In this document: piece after piece, positions 1-8,887 of the stretch | Layout of the letters: every line of letters begins with the position of its first letter | Numbering within the stretch: position 1 is the first letter of the stretch | Virus record (IMG/VR): IMGVR_UViG_3300027833_003138 | Span: 64,001-128,000 of that record | DNA: 64,000 nt | Strand: one strand, 5' to 3' | Origin: a virus | Position numbers and translations under genes: made by a program | The notes under the pieces: model-generated | Databases searched by the model: none | What the model saw: the letters and a program-made list of their open reading frames with translations, nothing else | Told to the model about the DNA's origin: nothing

Positions 1-200
1 GATATGCTTGACCTCGGGAAGATGTATCCGGCATAACCTTCGGGTATCTCCATGGCCAAGTCTGTTCCATATTCAATAAAGTATCCATTGCTCATTGTTG
101 TCGTTGCGACCAAATCAATTCCCGCATCGCCTTTCTTTGCGTAATTCGGGATTTTTGCTCGATCATTTATTTTTTTGATTTTTAATTTAATTTTGCTCAT
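1..200 (-). CDS. dut: dUTPase (5' part; runs off window start)
   Basis: Manual translation from ATG at 200: MSKIKLKIKKINDRAKIPNYAKKGDAGIDLVA...EIPEGYAGYIFPRSS; trimeric dUTPase motifs 1 (AGIDL) and 2 (PRSS). Not in ORF track because truncated. Confidence 0.92.
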   Translation of the reverse strand, partial: MSKIKLKIKKINDRAKIPNYAKKGDAGIDLVATTTMSNGYFIEYGTDLAMEIPEGYAGYIFPRSSI

Positions 201-274
201 TTTTTATTCTTTTTTGATATTTTTGTGTGTAGCACGCGAGGCTTTCTGTCGAAAATTTTTTTTCAGATTTGGGA

Positions 275-862
275 TTATTTTATTCTGACCTCTTTCCATG
301 AAACCAGTTTTGCCTTAACCAAATCCCTTATGTGTCTTTGTTTCTGGCTTAGTTGACTGTTGCCGCTCTTTACCTCTATGAAAGTTATCTCATCATCTCC
401 GAATGAAATATAATCTATAGGCTGCCCCATGAACGAACACCTCTCGGGTTCAAAATCAAATTGATCCAGGAATGGTGCAAGCGTTTCTGCTATATGTCCA
501 AGCCTAACCTCTCCGCTTTTCTTTTGCGACAAAACTTTTTTGCGAGCCAGCGTTTCTTCTTCTAATTTTTTTTCCAATTCTTGTTGCTTGCTTATTAATT
601 CAGACTCTTTTCTTTTTAGCTCGGCATTACTTAATGATGTTATGCCTTGTTGTTTTGATATGCTTAATTGAAGCTCTTGTATAGTTCTATTTAAGTTCTT
701 CTCTCTTTCTTCTATGGAAGACTCTCTGTCGTTCAGCTTTATTCGCAAGAATTCATTTTCTTCGCGAAGGCTTTCTTCCAGTTCTTTGTTGTGCTTTTCT
801 TGTTTACCAAAAGCTAAATACAAAATAATACAAATTGAGATAAATAGTAAAGCTTCAATCAT
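275..862 (-). CDS. Holliday-junction resolvase-like endonuclease with N-terminal TM helix and coiled coil
   Basis: Hydrophobic N-terminus, coiled coil, then GHIAETLAPF...F.G.PIDYI.F...ITFIEVKSG...LS..QR..RD, a PD-(D/E)XK pattern of the Endonuc_Holl type. Confidence 0.8.
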   Translation of the reverse strand: MIEALLFISICIILYLAFGKQEKHNKELEESLREENEFLRIKLNDRESSIEEREKNLNRTIQELQLSISKQQGITSLSNAELKRKESELISKQQELEKKLEEETLARKKVLSQKKSGEVRLGHIAETLAPFLDQFDFEPERCSFMGQPIDYISFGDDEITFIEVKSGNSQLSQKQRHIRDLVKAKLVSWKEVRIK

Positions 863-1292
863 TTAACCGCTCCACTTCTACTCCTGCTTTTTTAAGCAAT
901 TCTATGCCATCTTTGTTCTTGTACAGCTCATCATATACAACGCGAGCTATGTCTGATTGTATGATCATTTTGGAACACTCTATGCATGGTGATGCCGTGG
1001 TGTATATAGTTGCGCCTACGCTAGATTGGGTTGATTTCGCTAATTTAGTTATAGCATTACTTTCTGCATGAAGAACCTCTGGCTTGGTTTCTTGCTGTTT
1101 CCAGGAAAAATAAGGCACTTGCCTTTCGCATTGATTGCTAAAGCCTTTCGGGGTTCCATTAAAGCCGTCAGAAATAATAGCTTCGCCCTTAACTATCAAG
1201 CAACCAACTTGCTTTCTTTTAGCTTTGGATAGAGATGCCCAAATGTACGCCATTTTAATATAAGCTTTATCTAGCTCTAGCTGATTAGCCAT
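855..1292 (-). CDS. dCMP deaminase
   Basis: HAESNAI and SPCIEC zinc motifs; VGC..V...IIS.GFNG.P.G. Confidence 0.93.
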   Translation of the reverse strand: MANQLELDKAYIKMAYIWASLSKAKRKQVGCLIVKGEAIISDGFNGTPKGFSNQCERQVPYFSWKQQETKPEVLHAESNAITKLAKSTQSSVGATIYTTASPCIECSKMIIQSDIARVVYDELYKNKDGIELLKKAGVEVERLND

Positions 1293-1775
1293 TCACTTTT
1301 TCCAAACTTTAAAAGACTTTAACTTTTTTAATTCTTTTAATTCAACCTGAGAAACTTCTTCTTTTGTGCCGCTTCTTCTGTAAATTCGATACTTAGCTCT
1401 CTTCGCTAGATTAACAAAAGGTAAATCGTACCGAAGTTTTTGAGAACTTCCGCACCAAGACAGCAGTTCTTTTCTGTTGATGAATACAAAATCTTCAGTT
1501 CTTTCAAAAACAACAAAATGCGCGTCTCCGTGCAGCCAACCCGGGTTTCCATAGGAATTTTTAAACTCTAACCAAAGCCAATCTTCGTTTTGTTTTTTGT
1601 TTTTTATTTTTTTAAGGTCAATTTTAATAACAATAGGCTTTTCCTCTTTTCCTTTGCCTTTGAGCAAGTGCGAGACGTTTTTGCAGTTATCTGTAAAGCC
1701 TCTTAGTTTCTCAGGGGAGTAGCCCTTGGATTCAGCTAAAGCATCAAATGGATATTTATCTTTTGGGTCAGACAT
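1293..1775 (-). CDS. hypothetical phage protein, possibly degenerate PD-(D/E)XK nuclease fold
   Basis: IDLKK...WLEFKN..G.PGWL.G.A pattern resembles phage nuclease-like proteins; abuts neighbours in operon. Confidence 0.5.
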   Translation of the reverse strand: MSDPKDKYPFDALAESKGYSPEKLRGFTDNCKNVSHLLKGKGKEEKPIVIKIDLKKIKNKKQNEDWLWLEFKNSYGNPGWLHGDAHFVVFERTEDFVFINRKELLSWCGSSQKLRYDLPFVNLAKRAKYRIYRRSGTKEEVSQVELKELKKLKSFKVWKK

Positions 1776-1970
1776 TTAGCGAATCCTTGCGGGGGATGTG
1801 GTATGCACTACTTTGACTTTGTTAAAGTCTGGATCCTTCCATTTCTTTAATACGTCAACAAGTTTTTGTGCTCTAAATTCGGCGTCCTCCCTCGATTCGT
1901 AATTTCTATCCTCTGTTCTTCTTGAGTTTCTTGTAACTACATATACTTTTTTTTGTATTTTGTCTGTCAT
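1776..1970 (-). CDS. hypothetical protein
   Basis: 64-aa ORF tightly packed in the minus-strand operon. Confidence 0.7.
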   Translation of the reverse strand: MTDKIQKKVYVVTRNSRRTEDRNYESREDAEFRAQKLVDVLKKWKDPDFNKVKVVHTTSPARIR

Positions 1971-1975
1971 TTTAA

Positions 1976-2902
1976 TTATATTGATTGTAATAAGTTTTTA
2001 CCAAAATTGGTAATTTTTCTTTCTCCGTCTATTTGCATAAAGTTCTTTCGAAGTAAATATACTTCATGATCTCGTCTGAGAGAGGTCGGACTTAAGCCTG
2101 TTACCGCAGATAACGTTTGAAGCTTACAGCTCCCTCTGTCCGCAAGTATATCTAGTATCTGCTTCTCTGTGCAGGTTATTCCTTCTGGCAGGATACCGAG
2201 CAAGTCAATCAAAACATTAAAATCTGATGAATTGAACTCGTTTTTGTTTTCGCTTTCACAATACAATACGACTTCTTTTGATCTCATTACGGCGTTGCGA
2301 GCATTTCCCCTAACTGTTGAAGATAAAGATTTTAACGATTGTTCTGAGAAGCTTATTCCATCGCAATTAAGCTTTAAGATCTCCCCTAAATTGGAATCCG
2401 AGTACTGCTCGAAATCAACTGTAGTTAAACGATCTTTTAGCGGAGGAAATAATTTATCACTTTCTGTCGTTGCAAAAATGAATGTCTGCCTTGAGAAATC
2501 AAAGGTAAAAGTTTGCTCTTCAAATGTGAAATCTTTTGTGTTTGTTTTTTCTGTGTTGAAGATGGTCAAGAATGCCATTGTTAGATCTTTTGGAAGCGCG
2601 TGAGCTTCATCAAGAAGAATCGTAATTTCGTTATTCATGATCAATGGAATGAAAATCTGCGAAAAGAATTGCTCGTTGTTTTTTATCGTAGAACAATTAA
2701 GCTCTAGAAAGGGGCGCTTCGATCCATCTTTGTTTTTTAAGTTCTTTGCGAATTCTTTCGCAAATAAAGTTTTGCCAAGACCCTTAGCTCCAACCAAGTT
2801 AAGAAACGGACAGGTGCTTGTTGCTTCATAAGCTTTTAAATAGAAGTTTAATTTCTTCTTTACGTTGTCTTGACCTATTAAGTGTGAGAAATAATTATTC
2901 AT
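1976..2902 (-). CDS. ruvB: RuvB-like Holliday junction branch migration AAA+ ATPase
   Basis: IGQ..VK, Walker A GAKGLGKT, Walker B LLDEAH, FIFATT sensor I, PLKDR arginine finger, RGNAR sensor II, C-terminal winged helix. Start moved to ATG 2902, which overlaps the end of the upstream ORF. Confidence 0.88.
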   Translation of the reverse strand: MNNYFSHLIGQDNVKKKLNFYLKAYEATSTCPFLNLVGAKGLGKTLFAKEFAKNLKNKDGSKRPFLELNCSTIKNNEQFFSQIFIPLIMNNEITILLDEAHALPKDLTMAFLTIFNTEKTNTKDFTFEEQTFTFDFSRQTFIFATTESDKLFPPLKDRLTTVDFEQYSDSNLGEILKLNCDGISFSEQSLKSLSSTVRGNARNAVMRSKEVVLYCESENKNEFNSSDFNVLIDLLGILPEGITCTEKQILDILADRGSCKLQTLSAVTGLSPTSLRRDHEVYLLRKNFMQIDGERKITNFGKNLLQSI

Positions 2903-3167
2903 TTTCAAAAGATGTAAGTGCATATTCAATCTTGTCTTCTACGCTTTGAAGGTCAGAAAAGCCGGCGGATGTCGCCTTACCTTGTAAGTAATTAGCGTAC
3001 AGCCTGCTTTTGACCCACTCTTCGCTAACGGGTATAGAACTTACTTCTTGAGAGGCGAGATCCATAATCTCATCGACCGACAAGGAAACAATGCTTGAAC
3101 CACCTTTAACGCCGCTATTTCGACGCTTGCGTGGGGTGCCATCTTTGTTTAATGATATTTTTTTCAT
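2895..3167 (-). CDS. hypothetical protein, basic N-terminus
   Basis: 90-aa ORF directly downstream of a sigma70-type promoter. Confidence 0.7.
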   Translation of the reverse strand: MKKISLNKDGTPRKRRNSGVKGGSSIVSLSVDEIMDLASQEVSSIPVSEEWVKSRLYANYLQGKATSAGFSDLQSVEDKIEYALTSFENE

Positions 3168-3175
3168 ATAAGACT

Positions 3176-3204
3176 ATTATGCCACAAAACTCGGCGTTAG
3201 TCAA
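3176..3204 (-). promoter_or_regulatory. sigma70-type promoter TTGACT-N17-CATAAT, 8 nt before ATG
   Basis: Minus strand: TTGACT aacgccgagttttgtgg CATAAT agtcttat ATG. Confidence 0.75.
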
Positions 3205-3213
3205 GAATAAAAA

Positions 3214-3393
3214 TTACTTTTTGTTTTTTAAATCAAGAAGATCTGTTTTAAGCTGCTCTATTGAGGATTTCTGATCTTCTATTAAATGCTTTAAGCTATC
3301 TATTTCATTAAGAGCCATGATGAGAACCTCGTCGGGCTCAAAAACCACTTCAAATTCATCATCTTCATCTTCGTTATCTTCTTTGTTGTTCAT
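3214..3393 (-). CDS. small acidic/coiled-coil hypothetical protein (59 aa)
   Basis: Manual translation MNNKEDNEDEDDEFEVVFEPDEVLIMALNEIDSLKHLIEDQKSSIEQLKTDLLDLKNKK; ATGA overlap with upstream gene; below ORF-track cutoff. Confidence 0.7.
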   Translation of the reverse strand: MNNKEDNEDEDDEFEVVFEPDEVLIMALNEIDSLKHLIEDQKSSIEQLKTDLLDLKNKK

Positions 3394-3689
3394 AGGTATT
3401 TAAAGTACACCTCTAGTAACCTAAAACCCTCTACAATTTTCTTTTGTTTTATTTTTGTTTTGCCTAAAGATTTTAATATTACTGGGTTTTTTTTGTTTGC
3501 TACAGAGAATAGTATTTTATTTAAAATGATTTTCCACTCAGAGTCAGACAGGCCCTCCGGCTTTTCTTTAATATTGTTAAGCTTAAAGTTTATTCTGTCT
3601 ATTACTAGATCGCAAAATTCTTTGCGGAAATCTTTTTTTGTTTTTTTATTTTTAGTAAATAAGTTTTTTATATTTTTTAAAATATTCAT
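3390..3689 (-). CDS. hypothetical protein
   Basis: 99-aa ORF in operon; EW..IL.KI.FS...EGF.L...YF..L pattern. Confidence 0.65.
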   Translation of the reverse strand: MNILKNIKNLFTKNKKTKKDFRKEFCDLVIDRINFKLNNIKEKPEGLSDSEWKIILNKILFSVANKKNPVILKSLGKTKIKQKKIVEGFRLLEVYFKYL

Positions 3690-3690
3690 T

Positions 3691-4110
3691 TTATTTCCAA
3701 TGTTTTTTTATTGTTTCTGTGTTTACGTTTTTTAAGCTCCAAATTTCACAAAAGAAATCATGCTTTGATCTCCAGTCCATGATGTTTTTAATTAGATATA
3801 TGTGACTAATGTTATCAATAGAACCAAAGTCAAAGAATTGAAACTCTAGCTCTAGTCTATTTTCGTAAATTAATTGAGATGTAATTTTTGGAGCTGATTG
3901 AGATAGTCCAGTTAATAAAACTGAATAAAAAAGATCTCCGTATGTAGAGTCTGTTTCGAAGTTGATTGATGTTAGTTGTTGTCCATTTTTTGCCTCTCCT
4001 GACATTAGCACTTTGTCTGCATAAAGATTGTCGAAAGATTCTGATAGTTTATAAAAAAATCCCTCTGCTTCGTCTTTATATATGTATCTATCTATTATGC
4101 TTTTATTCAT
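3691..4110 (-). CDS. hypothetical protein
   Basis: 139-aa ORF starting just after the tmRNA 3' end. Confidence 0.65.
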   Translation of the reverse strand: MNKSIIDRYIYKDEAEGFFYKLSESFDNLYADKVLMSGEAKNGQQLTSINFETDSTYGDLFYSVLLTGLSQSAPKITSQLIYENRLELEFQFFDFGSIDNISHIYLIKNIMDWRSKHDFFCEIWSLKNVNTETIKKHWK

Positions 4111-4118
4111 TTGATAAA

Positions 4119-4510
4119 TGGTGGACGCGGCGGGAGTCGAACCCGCGTCTTTAAATCTTAATAAGTGAGAATCTACAAGTTTAGTTAATTTTTTTTATAG
4201 TTGTGACATTAACATCTAACTTATTGTTTCAATTATTTGCCCCCGAATAATTCAGTGAACTACAGTTTATTAACAATAAAACCTTTTCTGTTTTTGCAGA
4301 TTGATGACCCCTCTCCCACCGTATCTGCGTCTGGCGGGGAGGGGTAGCAGGTGTTTAAGCTGCTAAGGCGAGCTGTTCAGCCTTTGGGCTGAAAGCTACA
4401 ACACGATTTTTATTCTTGCCATGTACAAGGTTGTGCCTTTTAACGAAGCCTGGCACCTCTTCGACTTGCATCATACTTAATCCAATTTAAATCAAATCCA
4501 GTACGCGCCC
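4119..4510 (-). ncRNA. ssrA: tmRNA (392 nt)
   Basis: 5' GGGCGCG pairs with 3' CGCGUCC-ACCA including the G3:U alanine determinant; T-arm GCGGGUUCGACUCCCGC; encoded CCA; tag frame 4420..4355 = GKNKNRVVAFSPKAEQLALAA-stop. Confidence 0.95.
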
Positions 4511-4545
4511 TAAACATTTACTTACTATCCTTTCAAAGATTTTAT

Positions 4546-4887
4546 TTAGAATAACTCCTCAGGGACATCTTCGTTAACATCTGCTTGCGCTTCAGCAACA
4601 ACTTCCTTGGTGGCTTCTTCCGCTACCTTTTCAACCTTTTTGGTTTCTGCGTCTTCAGATCTGTAAACTACGTAATCCGGAGCTCTTTCGTTCTTTTCCC
4701 TGCCCTTGTTGGTGAAAACAACAACCTTGATTGTTTCTTCAACACCTGGCATGGTTTCCATTTTGATTTGTCCTGAGAGGTACTTTTGGCTCTTTCCCGA
4801 ACGAACCCACAAGGCACCTAACTCTCGACTTTTCCACTCTGACTGCTTTTCTGTCATTTTTTCTGACTGTTTTTCTGTATTTTCCAT
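4546..4887 (-). CDS. DUF736-like, probable ssDNA-binding protein with acidic tail
   Basis: LGALW...YLSGQI...VVVF.N...RAPDY.VY and acidic C-terminus EDVPEELF. Confidence 0.55.
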   Translation of the reverse strand: MENTEKQSEKMTEKQSEWKSRELGALWVRSGKSQKYLSGQIKMETMPGVEETIKVVVFTNKGREKNERAPDYVVYRSEDAETKKVEKVAEEATKEVVAEAQADVNEDVPEELF

Positions 4888-4893
4888 AATTTT

Positions 4894-5064
4894 TTACTTG
4901 TTGTATAAATTTTTTAATTCTTCTATAAATAAAGGTTTTGCTCCTTGTGATAATTTGTTGTATTGTTTTTTTGCTCGAGAATAAACTCTCTTGCTTGTCG
5001 GATCCGCACTATTGGGATCAAAGTTTAAAATTTTTCTTATTTTCTTGGCTACTGTATTGTTCAT
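4894..5064 (-). CDS. hypothetical protein (56 aa)
   Basis: Start moved to ATG 5064 (MNNTVAKKIRK), 7 nt after a -10 box. Confidence 0.7.
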   Translation of the reverse strand: MNNTVAKKIRKILNFDPNSADPTSKRVYSRAKKQYNKLSQGAKPLFIEELKNLYNK

Positions 5065-5071
5065 GGGTTTG

Positions 5072-5100
5072 ATTATAGTATATTTTTTTATTAATGTCAA
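5072..5100 (-). promoter_or_regulatory. consensus sigma70 promoter TTGACA-N17-TATAAT
   Basis: Minus strand: TTGACA ttaataaaaaaatatac TATAAT caaaccc ATG. Confidence 0.85.
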
Positions 5101-5118
5101 GTCTTTTAATTTAATTAT

Positions 5119-5241
5119 TTATCCATAAAAGTCTTCATCTTCTTTTGATCTCTTTAGCCAAAAGATTGATCCGATTATTGCGGCAACCAAAAAATCTCCA
5201 GGAAAGAATTCAAAATATGAACTTGCTATTGTTTCTATCAT
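5119..5241 (-). CDS. small membrane peptide (40 aa)
   Basis: Manual translation MIETIASSYFEFFPGDFLVAAIIGSIFWLKRSKEDEDFYG; ATGA overlap with upstream gene. Confidence 0.55.
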   Translation of the reverse strand: MIETIASSYFEFFPGDFLVAAIIGSIFWLKRSKEDEDFYG

Positions 5242-5783
5242 CTAAATTCTTTTCTTAATAGTCTCCACCTGTCTGAGTCAATTGGTTTATTTCCATTGTC
5301 AATGGCATGCAGCATTTCTATGACTTCGTCGATAGTATTATAAATATATTTATGAGGAAACATTCCAAGCATCCATAGTGGAGTTTTGGATTTTCCACCC
5401 TCCATGCTTACAAAAACGGGCTTTTTCTCTCTAACTGCCGTGACAATTTCTTCTGCACTTCCCCAACTCGCAACCTCAGGAACGAGGTGAGCAATTATAA
5501 AATCACTTCTGTCCACTAAGTTTAGATCGTATGCGCGAACCGTTTTCATTCTTTCTGTTACTCGGTCATACTGCTTTGTTTTCATCCATGTTTCCATTTC
5601 TTGTCTAGACGATTCGTCTTCCTCTACATCTTTTATGAATGGTTTTTTATATGGATCGAAGCAGGTAATGCTTAGTGGCTCAAGGTCTTCTGCAGCTTTA
5701 TCTCTCCAGTTGCGACCACTTACATATTGCATATGCCCTACTAAATAACACTTTGTTTTATATAATAGATTCTTTTCCGTCAT
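5238..5783 (-). CDS. nucleoside 2-deoxyribosyltransferase-like protein
   Basis: YL.G.M...WR...FDP...DL..VDRSD.IIA...SWGS.EEI..A....KPV, the NDT/Rcl-like fold signature. Confidence 0.75.
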   Translation of the reverse strand: MTEKNLLYKTKCYLVGHMQYVSGRNWRDKAAEDLEPLSITCFDPYKKPFIKDVEEDESSRQEMETWMKTKQYDRVTERMKTVRAYDLNLVDRSDFIIAHLVPEVASWGSAEEIVTAVREKKPVFVSMEGGKSKTPLWMLGMFPHKYIYNTIDEVIEMLHAIDNGNKPIDSDRWRLLRKEFR

Positions 5784-5789
5784 TCATTC

Positions 5790-5818
5790 AGTATACAAAA
5801 TACTAAATCAAAAGTCAA
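5790..5818 (-). promoter_or_regulatory. sigma70-type promoter TTGACT-N17-TATACT
   Basis: Minus strand: TTGACT tttgatttagtattttg TATACT gaatga ATG. Confidence 0.8.
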
Positions 5819-6492
5819 GAAAATTCGTCGTATTTATTTATATATGTATACCCAAATGATCCTACAGATGTTCCTACATGAGGAATTACCGCCTCGATCG
5901 ATTCTTGAGTGCTTGCACTGGAATAAGTAACGCCCCCATCCGTAGAGACAGGAAATCTAAAATAAGACCATCGAGAAAATCTACCCTCGGCTTCGCCATG
6001 AGATGTCCAGTGGTCCGATCCATACTGAGCTTTAGTTCTTCCGTTTCCATTGATCGCAAAATCAGCAAGCAAATCATTATAATAATCTACATATTTTTCG
6101 AAGTCGTTGCTGTAACCGTTTATGTTTGTAGATAGCGAATTAGGAGCTGTCCCTCCATTCATATAAGAGCCTGCGTCAGTAAGGGAAACAGTGGCTTGCA
6201 GTGATCCTGCAAACGCTGAACCTCCTGATACGTGAATTTTTGCGTGAGAAATTTGAAGATTTGTAAATCTTGCGGTAACATACCACTTGATTGATCCACC
6301 AGATATTCTTTCGCCTGCTAATCTTACTGCTGGGGTTGTGTCAGTAGAATTAGCTACTCCATCACCGTCAATATCTACTGGCAGCGTAACTTTTTCCCAT
6401 ACAGTTGTTCCGTTTATAATCAAAGTCTCAACCTCCTGAGTGCCAAAAAAAACATTCTCTGTATCTCCTAACGGAATATTGCTTTGTGGCAT
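5815..6492 (-). CDS. putative virion/fibre-associated protein
   Basis: Follows fibre gene; DIDGDGVANSTD Ca-binding-like motif and Y..YY.DL...HW..HG..EGR small surface-protein motif. Confidence 0.55.
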   Translation of the reverse strand: MPQSNIPLGDTENVFFGTQEVETLIINGTTVWEKVTLPVDIDGDGVANSTDTTPAVRLAGERISGGSIKWYVTARFTNLQISHAKIHVSGGSAFAGSLQATVSLTDAGSYMNGGTAPNSLSTNINGYSNDFEKYVDYYNDLLADFAINGNGRTKAQYGSDHWTSHGEAEGRFSRWSYFRFPVSTDGGVTYSSASTQESIEAVIPHVGTSVGSFGYTYINKYDEFS

Positions 6493-6505
6493 TTTAAAAA
6501 AATCC

Positions 6506-8863
6506 TTAAGTTGTGATCGTTAACGTCTTTGTCGTGGAATTATAGGAAAATGTCGGAACAGTATCTGTGAATACCGCATTCGCTGGCACCGCTGTTTTTA
6601 CATTATCAAAAGCCCAATCAGAGCTTATTGAAGTTGTAGTTGCTCCGTTCGTTGGGGTGCTGCTTATAGCTCTGTGTGTATTTGTATCTGTAAATACCGC
6701 ATTCGCTGGCACCGCTGTTTTTACATTATCAAAAGCCCAGTCAGAACTTATTGAAGTTGTAGTTGCTCCGTTTGCTGGGGTGCTACTTATACCTCTCCAA
6801 GTGTCTACATTATCCAAAACATTTTGCCCATTCCAAAATAGATTTCCTCCTGAAGCGTAAAGACGGTTTGTTGTTGTTGATGGCACAGTGGAATTTCTTA
6901 GATAAAGAATTCCGTTTAAGTCTAACTTTTCATTTGGACTCGTAGTACCAATACCTACATTGCCTTTTGATTTAACTGTGAATATAGTGCTATTGCTTGT
7001 GGAAATGTCTCCTCTAACGTTAATAAGGTCAATTTCGTCAGCTCTAGTGGATGAATCGATAAACAAGCCGCCAGGTGAATTATTTAACTGAGCGTTTATG
7101 CAAAATTTATGAGACGTGACTGCATTGCCAATACCTACTGTACCGTCACCGTTCATGACCATTATTGGGACGGCATTTGAGTTTCTTATTTGAAGTTGGT
7201 TTGCGGAATATACTGGGGTTAAGAAAAAATCTGCCGGATCAGATGTATTGGCTGTGTTCCTTAAACGTATCTGAGATCTTGTATTATTATTACCCTCGAT
7301 GTGCAGCGCGCAGTTGGGACTCGTAATACCAATGCCTACATTACCTACAGAGGTGATGCGCATTTTTTCCATTGGTGTTGACGAAGAAGTCCCTGCGGCA
7401 CGAGTTCCAAGGGTTAAAGCTCCTCCATAGTCTCCATCCGTATTGTTTTCTTTTATGATTGATATTTGACCAAAGGTGGTTACGTCATTACCTGAATTGT
7501 ATCTACCTCCAAAAATAATACCAGCACCAGCATTTGAATTGTAAGCGTCTGTTCCGATAAAAGTTGCATTTGAAATATTATCGAATGTGGTGTCGTTTGC
7601 GCCATACACTGTTAATGGTGCGATTGGATTCGTAGTACCAATACCTACATTGCCGTTTGAAAGAATGCGAACCTTTTCAGAGTCATTGGTTTTGAATCGC
7701 ATACTGTTGTTGCTATGATCGTACCAAACTGCCCCAACATTACCATCTTCAGCATCTGCCATTTCAAGAATACTATAAGAATCACTTTTGGCTTTTATTT
7801 GTAGCAAGGCTTGCCCATCTGGATTTTCAAATCGACCCAAACTTGTTGGAGTTGCTGAATTAATTTTAACGTGTAATTTACCGCTGGGATCCGTAGTACC
7901 AATACCTACATTGCCGTCGGCATCTATAGTCATGGACTCTCCGAAACCGGCTTTAGATCTAAATATAATATTTCCTCCGTTACCTGTTGTATTGTTCGAT
8001 ATCAAAAGCTCATCTTTATCGTCAACCCTAAGGGTGTCTTTGGGGTTACCTAAGGAATCTTTCCACCTTATCTTGCTGTTGTTGGAAAGAGAAAGGTTTC
8101 CGTTTATATCTAATTTATCGGAAGGGCTTGTTGTGTTTATTCCAATATTTCCCCCATCCTCAATAAAAATTCCATTTCCGCCGTCATCTTCAAGGCTTAA
8201 TCCTGCAGAGTCTCTAGCCCTTAACTTGTCAGAGAATATATATTTACCATCGGCAATCCCCAAATTTTCACTTAAATCCCAAGAGTCTGTAGCGTTGCTC
8301 CATAAAATAGTTTTATCTGTTGTTCCTTTAAGGGTTATTCCTCCCTGATCTGCAGTTGTATCTGTAGCCGAATCCAAAACAGCCAACTCTATATTTTTAT
8401 CTTCAACCCGAACCGTAGAGGTTTCCATGATCACTCGATCCCCAGAAACATACAGATTTCCATTGATTTGTGCATTTCCCTCCACGAACAAGCCCGAGCG
8501 AAATACCGCATCTTGATCCACATGCAGAGTTCCAGAAAGCTGAGTGTTTTCTCCGACATTTAAATCGTCTTCAACATACAACTTGGATTTCAATACCGCA
8601 TCTTGATCCACATGCAGAGTTCCAGAAAGCTGAGTGTTTTCTCCGACATTTAAATCGTCTTCAACATACAACTTGGATTTCAATACCGCATCTTGATCCA
8701 CATGAAGAGTTCCAGAAAGCTGAGTGTTTTCTCCGACATTTAAGTCATCCCTAACGTCTAGATGGCTATAAACCGAAACTCTTCCTCCTGTTGATTGTAT
8801 ATTATCTATCCATAGGATATTACCGCTGAATGTATCTGCATTAAATATTAGATCTGAAATCAT
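6506..8863 (-). CDS. tail fibre-like protein
   Basis: Multiple GNVGIGTT.P...L.V/I repeats, VEDKNIEL...A..GGITLKG..DK..W segment, tandem repeats at both ends. Confidence 0.8.
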   Translation of the reverse strand: MISDLIFNADTFSGNILWIDNIQSTGGRVSVYSHLDVRDDLNVGENTQLSGTLHVDQDAVLKSKLYVEDDLNVGENTQLSGTLHVDQDAVLKSKLYVEDDLNVGENTQLSGTLHVDQDAVFRSGLFVEGNAQINGNLYVSGDRVIMETSTVRVEDKNIELAVLDSATDTTADQGGITLKGTTDKTILWSNATDSWDLSENLGIADGKYIFSDKLRARDSAGLSLEDDGGNGIFIEDGGNIGINTTSPSDKLDINGNLSLSNNSKIRWKDSLGNPKDTLRVDDKDELLISNNTTGNGGNIIFRSKAGFGESMTIDADGNVGIGTTDPSGKLHVKINSATPTSLGRFENPDGQALLQIKAKSDSYSILEMADAEDGNVGAVWYDHSNNSMRFKTNDSEKVRILSNGNVGIGTTNPIAPLTVYGANDTTFDNISNATFIGTDAYNSNAGAGIIFGGRYNSGNDVTTFGQISIIKENNTDGDYGGALTLGTRAAGTSSSTPMEKMRITSVGNVGIGITSPNCALHIEGNNNTRSQIRLRNTANTSDPADFFLTPVYSANQLQIRNSNAVPIMVMNGDGTVGIGNAVTSHKFCINAQLNNSPGGLFIDSSTRADEIDLINVRGDISTSNSTIFTVKSKGNVGIGTTSPNEKLDLNGILYLRNSTVPSTTTNRLYASGGNLFWNGQNVLDNVDTWRGISSTPANGATTTSISSDWAFDNVKTAVPANAVFTDTNTHRAISSTPTNGATTTSISSDWAFDNVKTAVPANAVFTDTVPTFSYNSTTKTLTITT
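6561..6795. repeat. about two copies of a 123-nt (41-aa) tandem repeat
   Basis: ISSTP.NGATTTSISSDWAFDNVKTAVPANAVFTDT twice; DNA units start at 6561 and 6684. Confidence 0.9.
8502..8750. repeat. about 2.7 copies of a near-perfect 90-nt (30-aa) tandem repeat
   Basis: Units at about 8502, 8592 and 8682 encoding DDLNVGENTQLSGTLHVDQDAVLKSKLYVE. Confidence 0.92.
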
Positions 8864-8872
8864 GATTTTATT

Positions 8873-8877
8873 TACAC
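8873..8877 (-). promoter_or_regulatory. GTGTA putative late-promoter motif, 9 nt before ATG
   Basis: Minus strand GTGTA aataaaatc ATG; the motif recurs before other structural genes. Confidence 0.6.
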
Positions 8878-8887
8878 TTGTTTTCTT

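Noticed and set aside
201-274. Regulatory RNA or origin upstream of dut
   Set aside because: Only a weak hairpin and A/T tracts; not enough support.
4119-4160. Stand-alone tRNA or integration-site remnant
   Set aside because: It is the 3' end of the tmRNA; no anticodon arm, no duplicate copy and no integrase seen.
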